A DNA stretch of 64,000 nt from Gemmatimonas sp. (lineage in GTDB: Bacteria > Gemmatimonadota > Gemmatimonadetes > Gemmatimonadales > Gemmatimonadaceae): positions 960,001 to 1,024,000 of the forward strand of contig OZ257156.1 in assembly GCA_965279375.1 (NCBI GenBank), given 5' to 3'. This document shows, in pieces, positions 19,446-29,160 of this stretch. The position numbers were made by a program, and so were the translations under genes. Position 1 is the first letter of the stretch; every line of letters starts with the position of its first letter. The notes under the pieces are model-generated. The model did no database searches. It saw only the letters and a program-made list of their open reading frames with translations, and was not told where the DNA came from.

Positions 19446-19997
19446 GTGAACGATACGTCGGTAAACTTGCAACCCACCCTGCGCGGATCGCTGCTGGAGC
19501 TGCGGCCGGTAGTCGCGGAGGATTTCGACGCGCTGTTTGCTGTCGCATCGGACCGGGAGATTTGGGCGCAGCATCCGGAGCCGGATCGGTACACCGAGGA
19601 GGTCTTCCGTCGCTTCTTTGCCGGTGCACTCGCGTCCGGTGGCGCACTGGTCGCGATCGACCGGGCAACAGGGCAGATCGTGGGGTCGTCGCGCTATGCC
19701 GAGTACGATGCGACGAGTCGCGAGCTGGAGATCGGGTGGTCGTTTCTGGCGCGATCGCACTGGGGTGGTCAGTTCAACGGCGAGATGAAGTCGCTGATGC
19801 TGCGCCATGCGTTTCAGTTCGTGGATCGGGTGCGTTTTGTGATCGGGCCGCAGAATGTGCGGTCGCGTCGCGCGATCGAGCGGGTGGGTGGCGTATTGCG
19901 CGGGATGGAGATGGTGCGGGGGCAGGAGAACGCCGTGTACGTCATCGAGAGGACGCATCCGAGTTTCGCTGGTTCACCCGCGGAGGGTAGTGCATGA
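19446..19997 (+). CDS. GNAT family N-acetyltransferase (RimJ/RimL-like)
   Basis: AAGGAG RBS plus GTG; LEIGWSFL..HWG and NVRSRRAIERVGG. Confidence 0.9.
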   Translation: MNDTSVNLQPTLRGSLLELRPVVAEDFDALFAVASDREIWAQHPEPDRYTEEVFRRFFAGALASGGALVAIDRATGQIVGSSRYAEYDATSRELEIGWSFLARSHWGGQFNGEMKSLMLRHAFQFVDRVRFVIGPQNVRSRRAIERVGGVLRGMEMVRGQENAVYVIERTHPSFAGSPAEGSA

Positions 19998-21961
19998 CGT
20001 ATCGCATCGTTCGATGGTGTTCGCCGGCGTTGTCGGCGCTGTTGCTGGGCGCGACGTCGTCGGTGTCCGCGCAGGGGCAGCCGGCCGCAAAGAAGCCCGC
20101 GGGCTTCGAGGTGATGGAAGCGACGATTCCCGAGCTGCAGGCGGCGATGGCCAACGGGCAAACGTCGGCGGTGTCGATCGTGCAAGCGTATCTGGCGCGC
20201 ATTGCGGCGTATGATCACGCGGGTCCGATGATCAACAGCATCATTCGCATCAATGCGCGCGCGCTCAAGGAAGCGGCGGCGCTGGACGCTGAGCGAAAGG
20301 CGGGGAAAGTGCGCGGTCCATTGCACGGCATTCCTATCGTGCTCAAGGACAACTACGACACCGGCGACATGCCCACGTCGGCCGGCTCGCTGGCGTTGGC
20401 CAACAGTCAGCCAGCGCGCGATGCGTTCGTGGTGAAGCAGTTGCGGGATGCGGGGGCGATCGTGCTGGCCAAGGCCAACATGCACGAACTGGCGGCGGGG
20501 ATCACGAGCATCTCGTCGTTTGGTGGACAGACGCGCAATCCGTACGATCCAACGCGCTGTCCGGGTGGATCGAGCGGTGGTACCGGTGCGGCGATCGCGG
20601 CGAGCTTTGCGGCGGTGGGGTGGGGGTCGGATACGTGCGGCTCCATTCGTATTCCGAGCGCGTTCAACTCGCTGGTTGGTTTGCGACCAACGCAGGGGAT
20701 GGTGAGCCGGCGTGGGATCGTGCCGTTGTCGCACACGCAGGACGTTGGCGGTCCCATGGCGCGCAGCGTGACCGATCTCGCGATCGCACTCGATGTGACC
20801 GTAGGCTTCGACAGTGAAGATGCGGTCACCGCGTCGATGCGCGATCGTGAGCGCCCGCGCTTTCAGACGTCGCTCAATCGGGATGCGCTCAAGGGCGCGC
20901 GCATCGGCGTGTTCCTTCCGTTCTTCCGCGATACGGACAGCGAGATTGCTGATACCGTACGTGCCGCGATCGCGGCGATGAAGGCGCAGGGAGCGACGGT
21001 GATCGATGTGCCGCTGGCCGACTACGACTCGCTGATCGCGGGCTCGAGCGCGAACGAATTCAAGTTCGACTTCATCGACTACATGAAGACCGTACCGAAT
21101 GCGCCGGTGACATCCATTCGCGACATCCTCGATCGCGGGTTGTACGACCGGCAGCAAGAGAGCCGCTATCGGTTCACGGATACCGTGTCGGTGCCTGATG
21201 GTCCGGATCATCAGAAGACGATGGCCAAGCAGGTGGTGTTGCGTGCGCGATTGGAGCGGTTGTTCGACAGCCTGTCGATCGATGCGCTGGCGTATCCGAC
21301 GATTCGACAGAAGCCCGTACTGGTGGGTGAAGTGCAACCGGGGAGTACGTGTGCAGCGGCCGCGCAATCCGGGCTGCCGGCCATCAGCATGCAGGCGGGT
21401 TTGGGTGTGGACGGGTTGCCGATCGGTATCGAGTTGATGGGCAAGCGATTCAGCGATGTGAAGCTGGTGTCGATCGCGTACGCGTTCGAGCAGGCGGGAG
21501 TGCGGCGGCGTGTGCCGACGACGACGCCGGCGTTGGTGCGTGGTGCTGTGCCGCGTGCGATTGCCGTGCAAGTCACGACGCAGAGTGCGGGCGTTGGCGT
21601 GTTGACCAGTGTCACCATCGATCCGGTGCTGAGTCAGCTCCGCTGGAGTGCGACGGTGAATCGCGGCGCGGCGAACGTGACCGCGCTCGTGCTGCGGCGG
21701 CGCGGTGCGGCGACGTTCACGGGCACGCCGATCGGTGCCACGCCGGCGGCGCGCATCAGTGCACCTGATAGCGCGGTGCGTGTGGTGTCCCGATTGTTGG
21801 GGCCGGGGATGACCGTCGCGAGCGGGACGTTGCCGTTGAGCTACGCAGATCGGGTGGCGTTCGAGAGCGGGCGGTTGTCGGTGGCGTTGTATACGTCGGA
21901 GTCGAGCACGCCGGTGGAGCGCGTGGTGCGCGCTTCCGCAAACAGACCAGGAACACGATGA
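19994..21961 (+). CDS. secreted amidase (amidase signature family) with C-terminal extension
   Basis: GPLHGIPIVLKDN, PGGSSGG, GSDTCGSIRIPS; signal peptide. Confidence 0.93.
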   Translation: MTYRIVRWCSPALSALLLGATSSVSAQGQPAAKKPAGFEVMEATIPELQAAMANGQTSAVSIVQAYLARIAAYDHAGPMINSIIRINARALKEAAALDAERKAGKVRGPLHGIPIVLKDNYDTGDMPTSAGSLALANSQPARDAFVVKQLRDAGAIVLAKANMHELAAGITSISSFGGQTRNPYDPTRCPGGSSGGTGAAIAASFAAVGWGSDTCGSIRIPSAFNSLVGLRPTQGMVSRRGIVPLSHTQDVGGPMARSVTDLAIALDVTVGFDSEDAVTASMRDRERPRFQTSLNRDALKGARIGVFLPFFRDTDSEIADTVRAAIAAMKAQGATVIDVPLADYDSLIAGSSANEFKFDFIDYMKTVPNAPVTSIRDILDRGLYDRQQESRYRFTDTVSVPDGPDHQKTMAKQVVLRARLERLFDSLSIDALAYPTIRQKPVLVGEVQPGSTCAAAAQSGLPAISMQAGLGVDGLPIGIELMGKRFSDVKLVSIAYAFEQAGVRRRVPTTTPALVRGAVPRAIAVQVTTQSAGVGVLTSVTIDPVLSQLRWSATVNRGAANVTALVLRRRGAATFTGTPIGATPAARISAPDSAVRVVSRLLGPGMTVASGTLPLSYADRVAFESGRLSVALYTSESSTPVERVVRASANRPGTR

Positions 21962-22671
21962 GCGTTCTGATGCGGCGGTTCGCACACGCTTTTGCGCCGG
22001 CGCTGGTGATGTGCGTTCTCGTTGCCTGCGGTGGCAGCGATTCTCCCACGGGTGTCTCGAACGGAACGACGCCCGGCACCGGCGGCGGTGGCGGCGGCGG
22101 CGGTGGCGCGACATCGGTCAGCTACACTGGCGTGTTCGACACGGGGCTCAAGGGTGGCGTGATCACGCTCGTGAATACGGCGGCGGCCACGGGCACGCTC
22201 AAGGTGGCCGGTGAGGCGGAGGTTGCGCTCGCCGGGACCTTCAATGCGAGCACGTCCACGTTCAACATGAGCGGCGGCATCTACACGGTGGTGGCGGCAG
22301 TGGACGCGCCGGTGCTGGTGGGCGTGGTGACGGTGCGCGGACAGCTCGGCACCGGGACATTGGCCGCACTGCCAGTGAACCCGGCGGTGCCGACGACGTA
22401 TTGGTGCGGCACAACGAGCGGCACGAGTGTGGGCGGCCTCGATCTCGCGCTACAGGGCGGCACGGTGGTTGGCGTGTTTCAGGGCGCCTCGAGCGGCCTG
22501 CCGGTACGCGGGACAGCGACTGCGACGGACGTGAACTTCTCGTGGGTGCCGGGCACCAATCAGTCGGGCAGCGGCGTGGGGAAGATTGCCGGAACCACGA
22601 TGACCGGGACGTGGAACAACTCGTTCGGCTCGAACGGCACGTGGACAGTGTCGTCGAGTGGGTGCCAGTAG
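21958..22671 (+). CDS. hypothetical lipoprotein
   Basis: Lipobox LVAC, poly-Gly linker, Gly/Thr-rich beta domain; 4-nt overlap with the amidase. Confidence 0.8.
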   Translation: MSVLMRRFAHAFAPALVMCVLVACGGSDSPTGVSNGTTPGTGGGGGGGGGATSVSYTGVFDTGLKGGVITLVNTAAATGTLKVAGEAEVALAGTFNASTSTFNMSGGIYTVVAAVDAPVLVGVVTVRGQLGTGTLAALPVNPAVPTTYWCGTTSGTSVGGLDLALQGGTVVGVFQGASSGLPVRGTATATDVNFSWVPGTNQSGSGVGKIAGTTMTGTWNNSFGSNGTWTVSSSGCQ

Positions 22672-22700
22672 ACGCCCCGTGCGACGTTCTGTCGACAGGC

Positions 22701-23414
22701 CTAGCGTGTCACACGAAAGCTCTTGAAGGACGTGACGGCGTCGCGCTTCACCCACACACCGACTCGCCCCGACGGATTGCTGTCGAGGGTGTGACTGAGC
22801 GTCACGGACGGCGCGCCGGAAATCGCGGCGTCGATGCGTCGGCCTTGCACGGTGAGCACCAACTCGTGCCACTGACCAAGCGGCAACTTGGCTGTCCCGG
22901 CGCCGTGTGCAATGACCGTCCGTTCTGCGTTGGCATATCGCCACAGCGCGAGATCGCCGTCTTTCGTGTTGTAGCGGGCGTAGAGGTACTCGCCACTGGG
23001 GGCGAGTGCGAAGACGATGCCGGCGTTCTGATCACTCGCGCCGCCCACCAGCTTGAACTGCACGCGAATCACGCCGTCCGAGACGCTTGTAGGTGTGGGG
23101 GCGATCGCCAGCGGAAATGCGGTGGCCGCTGTCCAGTTTCGGAGCAGCGATTGGCTCGCGGGCACACCAAAGAAGCGCGCACTCGCCGCGGCGACCGTGG
23201 TCGAGTCGGTCTGCCCGCTCCACGCGGTGCCGTCCACGGTGAAGACCGGCCCCGCGTCGTTGGCTGTCGCCCAGGCGCCGACAACGCCCACCAGCTCCGC
23301 GCCCGGCGCCGACGCGCTCGCAGCGCGCGTCCGTGAGCACGCCGACACGCCGAGAAGGAGCACAGCGGTGAGGTAACGACGTCGCCGCGCCGACTGCCGC
23401 GTGCTGGGAGACAT
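22701..23414 (-). CDS. hypothetical exported protein with ConA/DUF1080-like beta-sandwich
   Basis: VSAC lipobox-like; AGIVF, WHELVLTVQG, GRVGVW and FKSFRV pattern. Confidence 0.65.
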   Translation of the reverse strand: MSPSTRQSARRRRYLTAVLLLGVSACSRTRAASASAPGAELVGVVGAWATANDAGPVFTVDGTAWSGQTDSTTVAAASARFFGVPASQSLLRNWTAATAFPLAIAPTPTSVSDGVIRVQFKLVGGASDQNAGIVFALAPSGEYLYARYNTKDGDLALWRYANAERTVIAHGAGTAKLPLGQWHELVLTVQGRRIDAAISGAPSVTLSHTLDSNPSGRVGVWVKRDAVTSFKSFRVTR

Positions 23415-23502
23415 GGCGGTACTCCTCGTGTGCCGAGTGAGGCGAGCGCGATTAGGGGTTCAGCGGAGGGTGAAAGTAGCCCATGGTGCGGCGGGCGCGC
23501 AG

Positions 23503-23531
23503 TTGACAGTATTATGTCTTGATGTCAGTTT
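23503..23531 (+). promoter_or_regulatory. sigma70-type promoter with overlapping TetR operator candidate
   Basis: TTGACA-N17-CAGTTT ending 6 nt before the ATG; GACA-N6-TGTC inverted repeat at 23505-23518. Confidence 0.55.
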
Positions 23532-23537
23532 ACTGCC

Positions 23538-24143
23538 ATGCAAAACACTCGGCCGGTCACTGAACGGGAGCGGCTCCGCGCCGAAACGGCTCGGCGGCTC
23601 GTGGAACACGCGTTCGCGCTGTTGCGCGATCACCCGGAGGCGCCGTTCTCGCACGAGGCGGTGGCCGCGAGCGCGGGGATGGCGGCTCGGACGGTGTATC
23701 GGCATTTCCCGACACAACAGGATCTTGTAGCGTCGGTATGGCGTCATCTACGGGACACAACCGGGACACAGTGGCCGCGCACGGAGGCTGACGTGCTCCC
23801 GTTCCTGCGCGAGCTCTACGCGCAGTTCGAGCGCAACTCCGCGCTCACCCGCGCGATGGTGGCGGCCCAGCCGAGGGCGGACGTTTCCGTGCCTGGTTCG
23901 GCGGAAGGCCGAGCGGCCTTCCGCGAAGCGCTGGCTTCGCGCTGTGCCGCGATGACCACCGATCGGGTCGAGCAGCTCGTGGCCGCCTGCGTTGCCATCT
24001 ACAGCGCGCCTTTCTGGAAGATGCTCCGTGACCGGGGGCAGCTCTCGCCCGACGCCGCCAGCGCCGCGGCCTGCACCACGATGCAGGCGCTGATCGAGTC
24101 CACCGGCACGCCGATCGCCGTCGCATTGCCCGCCGACCAGTAG
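23538..24143 (+). CDS. TetR/AcrR family regulator
   Basis: VAASAGMAARTVYRHFPT HTH. Confidence 0.92.
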   Translation: MQNTRPVTERERLRAETARRLVEHAFALLRDHPEAPFSHEAVAASAGMAARTVYRHFPTQQDLVASVWRHLRDTTGTQWPRTEADVLPFLRELYAQFERNSALTRAMVAAQPRADVSVPGSAEGRAAFREALASRCAAMTTDRVEQLVAACVAIYSAPFWKMLRDRGQLSPDAASAAACTTMQALIESTGTPIAVALPADQ

Positions 24144-24207
24144 CGCAGCCGCGCGCCGCACCGGTCATCGCACCGAATCACCCTCCCTCCTCTCGAGTCC
24201 TCCACCG

Positions 24208-24693
24208 ATGCCCAGCCAACCCGTCGTACTCGCCGCCGCTGAAGGGCGCACGCCAGCGCCGCTCAACGTCGTGGGTGAGACCACCCTCGTGAAGTTCGGC
24301 CCCGAGGACTGCAATGGCAGCATGGCCGCCTTTCACCTCGTCGCGCCGCCGATGAGCGGACCGCCGCTGCACGTGCACTCGCGCGAGGACGAGTTCTTCT
24401 ACGTGCTCGACGGGGAGCTGGTCTTCGAGACGGACGGCGTCCGGCAGACGGTGGGCGCTGGGGGATCGGTGGGACTGATGCGCGGTGTGCCGCATCGCTA
24501 CCAGAACTTCACCGATCGCGACGCGACGCTGCTGATCGTGACCACACCTGGGGCCTTCTGCGACTTTTTCAAGGATATCTCGGCGATGACACCCGTCGGC
24601 GGCCTGCCGACGATGGAGCAGCTCCTGTCGCTCGACGCCACCTACGGACTGACGACACTCGGACCGCCGATGATGCCGGAACAGGCGTCGTGA
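24208..24693 (+). CDS. cupin domain protein (quercetinase-like)
   Basis: GPPLHVHSREDEFFYVLDGE and GVPH motifs. Confidence 0.9.
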   Translation: MPSQPVVLAAAEGRTPAPLNVVGETTLVKFGPEDCNGSMAAFHLVAPPMSGPPLHVHSREDEFFYVLDGELVFETDGVRQTVGAGGSVGLMRGVPHRYQNFTDRDATLLIVTTPGAFCDFFKDISAMTPVGGLPTMEQLLSLDATYGLTTLGPPMMPEQAS

Positions 24694-25427
24694 CGAGCGG
24701 CGCGCTCTCCATCACGGCGCGGGGGCGAGCGCCGTCGCCAGCGCTGCCGTTCGGCGCACCGTGGTGGCTTGGCGCGATCGTGCTCCTGACCATCATCGGC
24801 TTTCAGCGCGCCGCCACGCGCACGACGAATCCGATGGACTGGCAGCATGCATCGCACGGCATTCTGGCGTTAGGGTGGTCCGTCATCCTCGTTGCGCAGG
24901 CGTGGCTGGCCGAACAGCGCCAGCGTGAGGCGCACCGTCTGATGGCCGTGGTGGGCGTTTTGTTTGCGATCGGCCTGGTGGCGACGTCCTTGCCGATGCT
25001 CGCGTCGCTTGCGAGTGCGGCAACGGCAAACGCGGGATTCCGGCCAATGGGGCTGCGTCTACTGGCGATGGACATCATGCTTCTCGCGCTCTTTGTTGTA
25101 CTGTTCGCGTTGGCAATCGCATTTGTGCGCCGCCCCGCGATCCATGCTCGCGCACTCGCCGCAACAGGTCTGTTGGCGTTGCCGGCCGGGCTGGGCCGTG
25201 TCTACATGCGCGTTTTCTCGGTGGACCCGATGCAGGGGTCGTATCTCGCGCTGGGGACCGCAGCCGCCGTGCTGGTTGCTCTGCTACTCGTCGATCGACG
25301 CGCCGGCACGCGAGACCTCGTGCATCCGCTGGTGCTGGCGGCGCTGTTGCTGGTCGGTGTGTTGACGGGGGTGACGGCCGACGCGCCGTGGTTTGGCGAG
25401 CTGGCGGGGCGCATCGCGGCGGTGTAG
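24690..25427 (+). CDS. multi-pass membrane protein with conserved His residues
   Basis: HG...W...Q, HR and HAR pattern in about 7 TM segments; overlaps the cupin stop. Confidence 0.75.
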   Translation: MTSGALSITARGRAPSPALPFGAPWWLGAIVLLTIIGFQRAATRTTNPMDWQHASHGILALGWSVILVAQAWLAEQRQREAHRLMAVVGVLFAIGLVATSLPMLASLASAATANAGFRPMGLRLLAMDIMLLALFVVLFALAIAFVRRPAIHARALAATGLLALPAGLGRVYMRVFSVDPMQGSYLALGTAAAVLVALLLVDRRAGTRDLVHPLVLAALLLVGVLTGVTADAPWFGELAGRIAAV

Positions 25428-25504
25428 TCGGCACGCGCGCCTTCAATCGATCGCGACCGCACTCGATTGCTCCGGGTCGGCGTGGACGGTGATATTCCGT
25501 CCCC

Positions 25505-25933
25505 ATGTCGATCCGACCTCGAGACTGGCGCATTGCCTACACGCTGTTGCTGCCGACGCTGATCGCACTGCTGATGGTGCGGGACGCGACTCGCGACCCG
25601 TCAGCGTCCGTTGCGACGACAACTGCGGTCACCGCGGATGCGACGGCCACGCTCGGCCGGAACGGGCCGACCGAATTGCGGGATGCTCTGATCGCCTTGG
25701 CGGTGGAGACGCTGCTGGTGTGCGTGATCCTGCGCCCGTGGTCCTACCAACGGCGCTCGCGGCGATCGATCGTCGCGGTTGCGCTCGCGCTGCCGTGGAC
25801 GGTCGTTCAGGCGCAAGGCATCCGGAGCGCCGGCGGGGTGGTGCAACTCCACCTGTTCTGGCTGGTCGTGCTCGACGCGTTGTTGCTGCTGTTGGTGCTG
25901 CTTCGCTTCGCTCGGCGCGGCGACGAGGAGTGA
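25505..25933 (+). CDS. hypothetical membrane protein
   Basis: Hydrophobic segments, ILRPWSY, HLFWL. Confidence 0.6.
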   Translation: MSIRPRDWRIAYTLLLPTLIALLMVRDATRDPSASVATTTAVTADATATLGRNGPTELRDALIALAVETLLVCVILRPWSYQRRSRRSIVAVALALPWTVVQAQGIRSAGGVVQLHLFWLVVLDALLLLLVLLRFARRGDEE

Positions 25934-26036
25934 GTCGTGTCCGTCGGCGTGCGGCTTCGCTGGTGACGATGGCTGCAAACAGCGCGGGGCTCGGCGTGTG
26001 CCGAGCCCCGCGGTGAGAACTACGCGGCGTCGCGTA

Positions 26037-26483
26037 TCAGCTGCACTTTGAGGCAGCGACCGACTTGATCTCCGAGGCGATGTACTGGCTGCCGCTTTCG
26101 TAGAACGTCACTGAGACGCAGGCGCCCGCGACGAGCGGACCGTTCAAAGCCTTGAGGTGCGTGAAGTAGTTGCCTTCGAAGTTGTAGCCACCGACGGTCC
26201 ACTGCGACGGCGTGCCGTAGTAGACGCCCGTCGGAACCTTGCCGATGGAATCAATGCGGGCGGTATACGACGGAGCGACCGGCGGGCTGCCCGCCGGAGC
26301 GGACGGAGTGCTGTTGCCGCCGCCCGTGGATCCGCCGCCAGCGGAGCCGCCACCACCGCTCGGCGCCGTGCCGGACTTGGCAAAGGAGGCGCCGCCCAGA
26401 TCGGGGGCGGTCGAGGAGGTGTCTGCGCACGCCGCGAGGAACGCGGCAGCGGCGACGGCGCCAAAGAGCGAGCGAACTGACAT
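26037..26483 (-). CDS. hypothetical lipoprotein (DUF5666-like C-terminal domain)
   Basis: GGAG RBS, LAAC lipobox, Gly linker, WTVGG...GACVSV...ASEI. Confidence 0.72.
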   Translation of the reverse strand: MSVRSLFGAVAAAAFLAACADTSSTAPDLGGASFAKSGTAPSGGGGSAGGGSTGGGNSTPSAPAGSPPVAPSYTARIDSIGKVPTGVYYGTPSQWTVGGYNFEGNYFTHLKALNGPLVAGACVSVTFYESGSQYIASEIKSVAASKCS

Positions 26484-26775
26484 GAGTGACACTCCGAACA
26501 GAGGATGGTGGCGGAGTGTGCGCTGCGATCGTCGCAGGCCGCTCGCCTTGCCATTCCCTATCGCATGTCACACGCCACGGATGCGCGTTCGGACCAAACA
26601 ACGCAAGTCGTTAATTCGCATTGTGTTGCGCGACGATGCCGAGATTCGCTTTCCTCGCTGATCCTGTACGTTTTGCGAGGTGCTGTATCATCCCGTTACA
26701 GCGGACGCTCGCGCGTCGTGTGCGTCGTCACGCGCGTGCTGCCCTTGGATCAGGTGCGCGGATGGTGGTGTCGGC

Positions 26776-28149
26776 TTAGCGCGCCGGCACGCGAGCGGCG
26801 AGCGGGCGCGGCGTGAAGGCGGGGAGAAAACGGCACCCCGTTTCTGGCGTGAACGCCTGATTCACGGTCTTGCACTGGGCCGCCGCTGACGCCGGTGAAG
26901 GCTTCGTGCCGCGCTCCACCCACGCGAGTAGCGCCTGCATCGCGGTCACGTACTGCGCGTCGCTCAGGTAGCTGTGCTCACTGTCGTCGGTGAAGAGCTG
27001 CACGAGGCGCGAGGCGCTGCCGCCACGCTGCATCGTTTCGCGAAAGGCCGACTCGAGCTCCACGAACGCGGTGGGATCGTTGATGGCGTGCATGGTGAGG
27101 ACGGGAACGGCGATTCGGCCCGTGAGATCGGCATCGGCGGCGAAGTCGGCGCGAGCTGCGGCATCGGCGGTCGCGCGGAATGCGCGTGCGTTGAGTGCGG
27201 AGTCGTCGTGTGTGCCGGAGTAGCGCACGCCTGCGTTGCTGAACGGATTGCGTCCGGCGAGTCGCCTGAAGACGATGTCCTGAAAGTGCCAGGTGCCCCA
27301 ATTGAGATGCGCGATGAGCGAGCTCTCGGGGATGGCGACAGCGCCCAAAATGTCCGCCAGGTTCTGCTGCTGTTGTGCGCTGCGTTGCGCCGCAGGGAGT
27401 CGCACGCCGGTGCATTCGTCGACGCGCGTGGCGAGTTGCGCGCGCGTGAGCAGCGCATCGAGCGGGAGTCCCTGCCAGAGCGGATACGCGGGCTCGTCGG
27501 CGCGCGGGTGATTGTTGCAGACGGCCTGATAGACCACGCGCAGATCGAAGCGGAAATCGTAGGAGAGCGACCCGCCCCCCAGTACGCCGCTGGTGAGCAG
27601 CACGGCGTCGTACGGTGATTTTCCGTTGGCGAGCTTGGCGTAGCGTTCGGCGGTTTTCGCGGCGACGCTGGCGCCCCACGACTGTCCGTGCAGGATGGTG
27701 CGCGTGGGTGCGCCGATCTGCTGCACGAAGAGCTGGCGCACGTGTTCGACGTCATCGGCCGCGCTACCCACGGCGACACCGCCCTGATGAAAGCCGGACC
27801 CAGCGTAGGCGTAGCCGGCGCGTGTCCAGATCGACCAGCGCGCGAGATCGGCGGCGACGCGATCGGCTTTGGGATCGCCGAGTTCGGGGCCGCCGTGTGC
27901 GTGCACGACGAGTGTGCCATTCCACTGGGGCGGGATGGCGAACCAGAAGTAGGCGCCCGAGCTGTCGCGACCGGAGAGGCAGCGGCTTTGGGCGGCGACT
28001 GTTTCGGGGCAGGTGGCGGGCTGCGCGATCTCGCGCGATGCCTGTGCGTGCAGCGCGACGTTAGGTACCACAAGCACGCTTGCCGTTGCGAGTGCTCGCC
28101 GCACACGCCGAGCGGTTGCCCGTGCGTGATGGTTAACGCTGCGTTTCAT
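26776..28149 (-). CDS. secreted alpha/beta-fold hydrolase of unknown function
   Basis: HAHGGP, GQSWG nucleophile elbow, DPTA, HSY; signal peptide; overlaps the psd stop by 4 nt. Confidence 0.78.
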   Translation of the reverse strand: MKRSVNHHARATARRVRRALATASVLVVPNVALHAQASREIAQPATCPETVAAQSRCLSGRDSSGAYFWFAIPPQWNGTLVVHAHGGPELGDPKADRVAADLARWSIWTRAGYAYAGSGFHQGGVAVGSAADDVEHVRQLFVQQIGAPTRTILHGQSWGASVAAKTAERYAKLANGKSPYDAVLLTSGVLGGGSLSYDFRFDLRVVYQAVCNNHPRADEPAYPLWQGLPLDALLTRAQLATRVDECTGVRLPAAQRSAQQQQNLADILGAVAIPESSLIAHLNWGTWHFQDIVFRRLAGRNPFSNAGVRYSGTHDDSALNARAFRATADAAARADFAADADLTGRIAVPVLTMHAINDPTAFVELESAFRETMQRGGSASRLVQLFTDDSEHSYLSDAQYVTAMQALLAWVERGTKPSPASAAAQCKTVNQAFTPETGCRFLPAFTPRPLAARVPAR

Positions 28150-29036
28150 CGTTGGTCGGGATGTGGTTGCCCCTGCGGAGGTTTCCCCAAGCGGAGGAAC
28201 GATCCCATCGTCTCGCCCATGCGAACGGCGCGCTTTGGTTCCCACTGTTCGGTGAATCGCATGCGGCTTCGTCCGAAGAGCAACACGACGGTGGAGCCAA
28301 GCAGGAAGCGCCCCATCTCGTCGCCCTGTTGCAATTGCAGTTCGGGATCGGTGTAGTGCCACTCGCGGATCGCACTCGTGCGCGGCGGATTGACGATGCC
28401 GTGCCAGGTGGTGGCCATGCTGCCGACGATCGTCGCGCCGACGAGCACCATGACGAATGGGCCCACCTCTCCATCGAAGACGCAGACGACGCGTTCGTTG
28501 CGCGCGAAGAGACCGGGGACGCCGCGGGCGGTGGTGGGATTGACCGAGAAGAGATCGCCCGGGACGTAGATCATGCGCCGAAGGCGTCCGGCGCAGGGCA
28601 TGTGAATGCGGTGATAGTCCTTGGGGCTCAGGTAGATCGTGGCGAAATCACCGTGATCGAACTGGGCGGCCAGCTCGCCATCGCCCCCCACCAGCGCCGT
28701 GGTGGAGTAGCGATGCCCCTTGGCCTGAAAGATCTTGTCGCCGTCGATCGGGCCGAGCTGACTGATGGCGCCGTCGACCGGGCAGACGAGATCGGCGGCA
28801 GCGAGTGGACGTGCGCCGGTCTTGAGCGGCCGGGTGAAGAAGTCGTTGAACGTCGCGTAGCTGGCGATGTCCGGGTTCGCGGCTTCGGCCATGTTCACGC
28901 CGTACTGTCCGACGAACCATCGGATGATGGAGGTGGTGAGGGCGCCGCGAGGCGCGGAGGCGAAGCGACCGGCGAGGGTCGTGAGCGCCTGCTTGGGCAG
29001 CAGATACTGCGGCAGGACGGAGAATGGAGGGAGCAC
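28146..29036 (-). CDS. psd: phosphatidylserine decarboxylase proenzyme
   Basis: FNDFFTR, PVDG, YLSPKDYHRIH, RNER and LGST self-cleavage site. Confidence 0.95.
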   Translation of the reverse strand: MLPPFSVLPQYLLPKQALTTLAGRFASAPRGALTTSIIRWFVGQYGVNMAEAANPDIASYATFNDFFTRPLKTGARPLAAADLVCPVDGAISQLGPIDGDKIFQAKGHRYSTTALVGGDGELAAQFDHGDFATIYLSPKDYHRIHMPCAGRLRRMIYVPGDLFSVNPTTARGVPGLFARNERVVCVFDGEVGPFVMVLVGATIVGSMATTWHGIVNPPRTSAIREWHYTDPELQLQQGDEMGRFLLGSTVVLLFGRSRMRFTEQWEPKRAVRMGETMGSFLRLGKPPQGQPHPDQR

Positions 29037-29160
29037 GCCGCAAGATGCACTGGAACCGCATGCTGCGCTGCCGGTAGTATTTGCGCTTGATTGATGTGAG
29101 TGCGGTCCAGTGCGACGGGCTGCGCAACGACTCTGTGTTCACTTCCCACCCCGCGCCGCC

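Noticed and set aside
22081..22107. GGC/GGT trinucleotide run
   Set aside because: Encodes an in-frame poly-Gly linker; no sign of phase variation
19814..22114. 766-aa minus-strand ORF (and similar long antisense ORFs such as 4012-5433, 12957-14189, 32838-33899, 44349-45854)
   Set aside because: Arg/His-rich shadow frames opposite well-supported genes; expected in high-GC DNA with biased codon use
26595..26635. AT-richer patch caacgcaagtcgttaattcgcattgtgttgcg resembling a recombination or operator palindrome
   Set aside because: Symmetry is weak and no recombinase is nearby; more simply part of the promoter region of the lipoprotein gene
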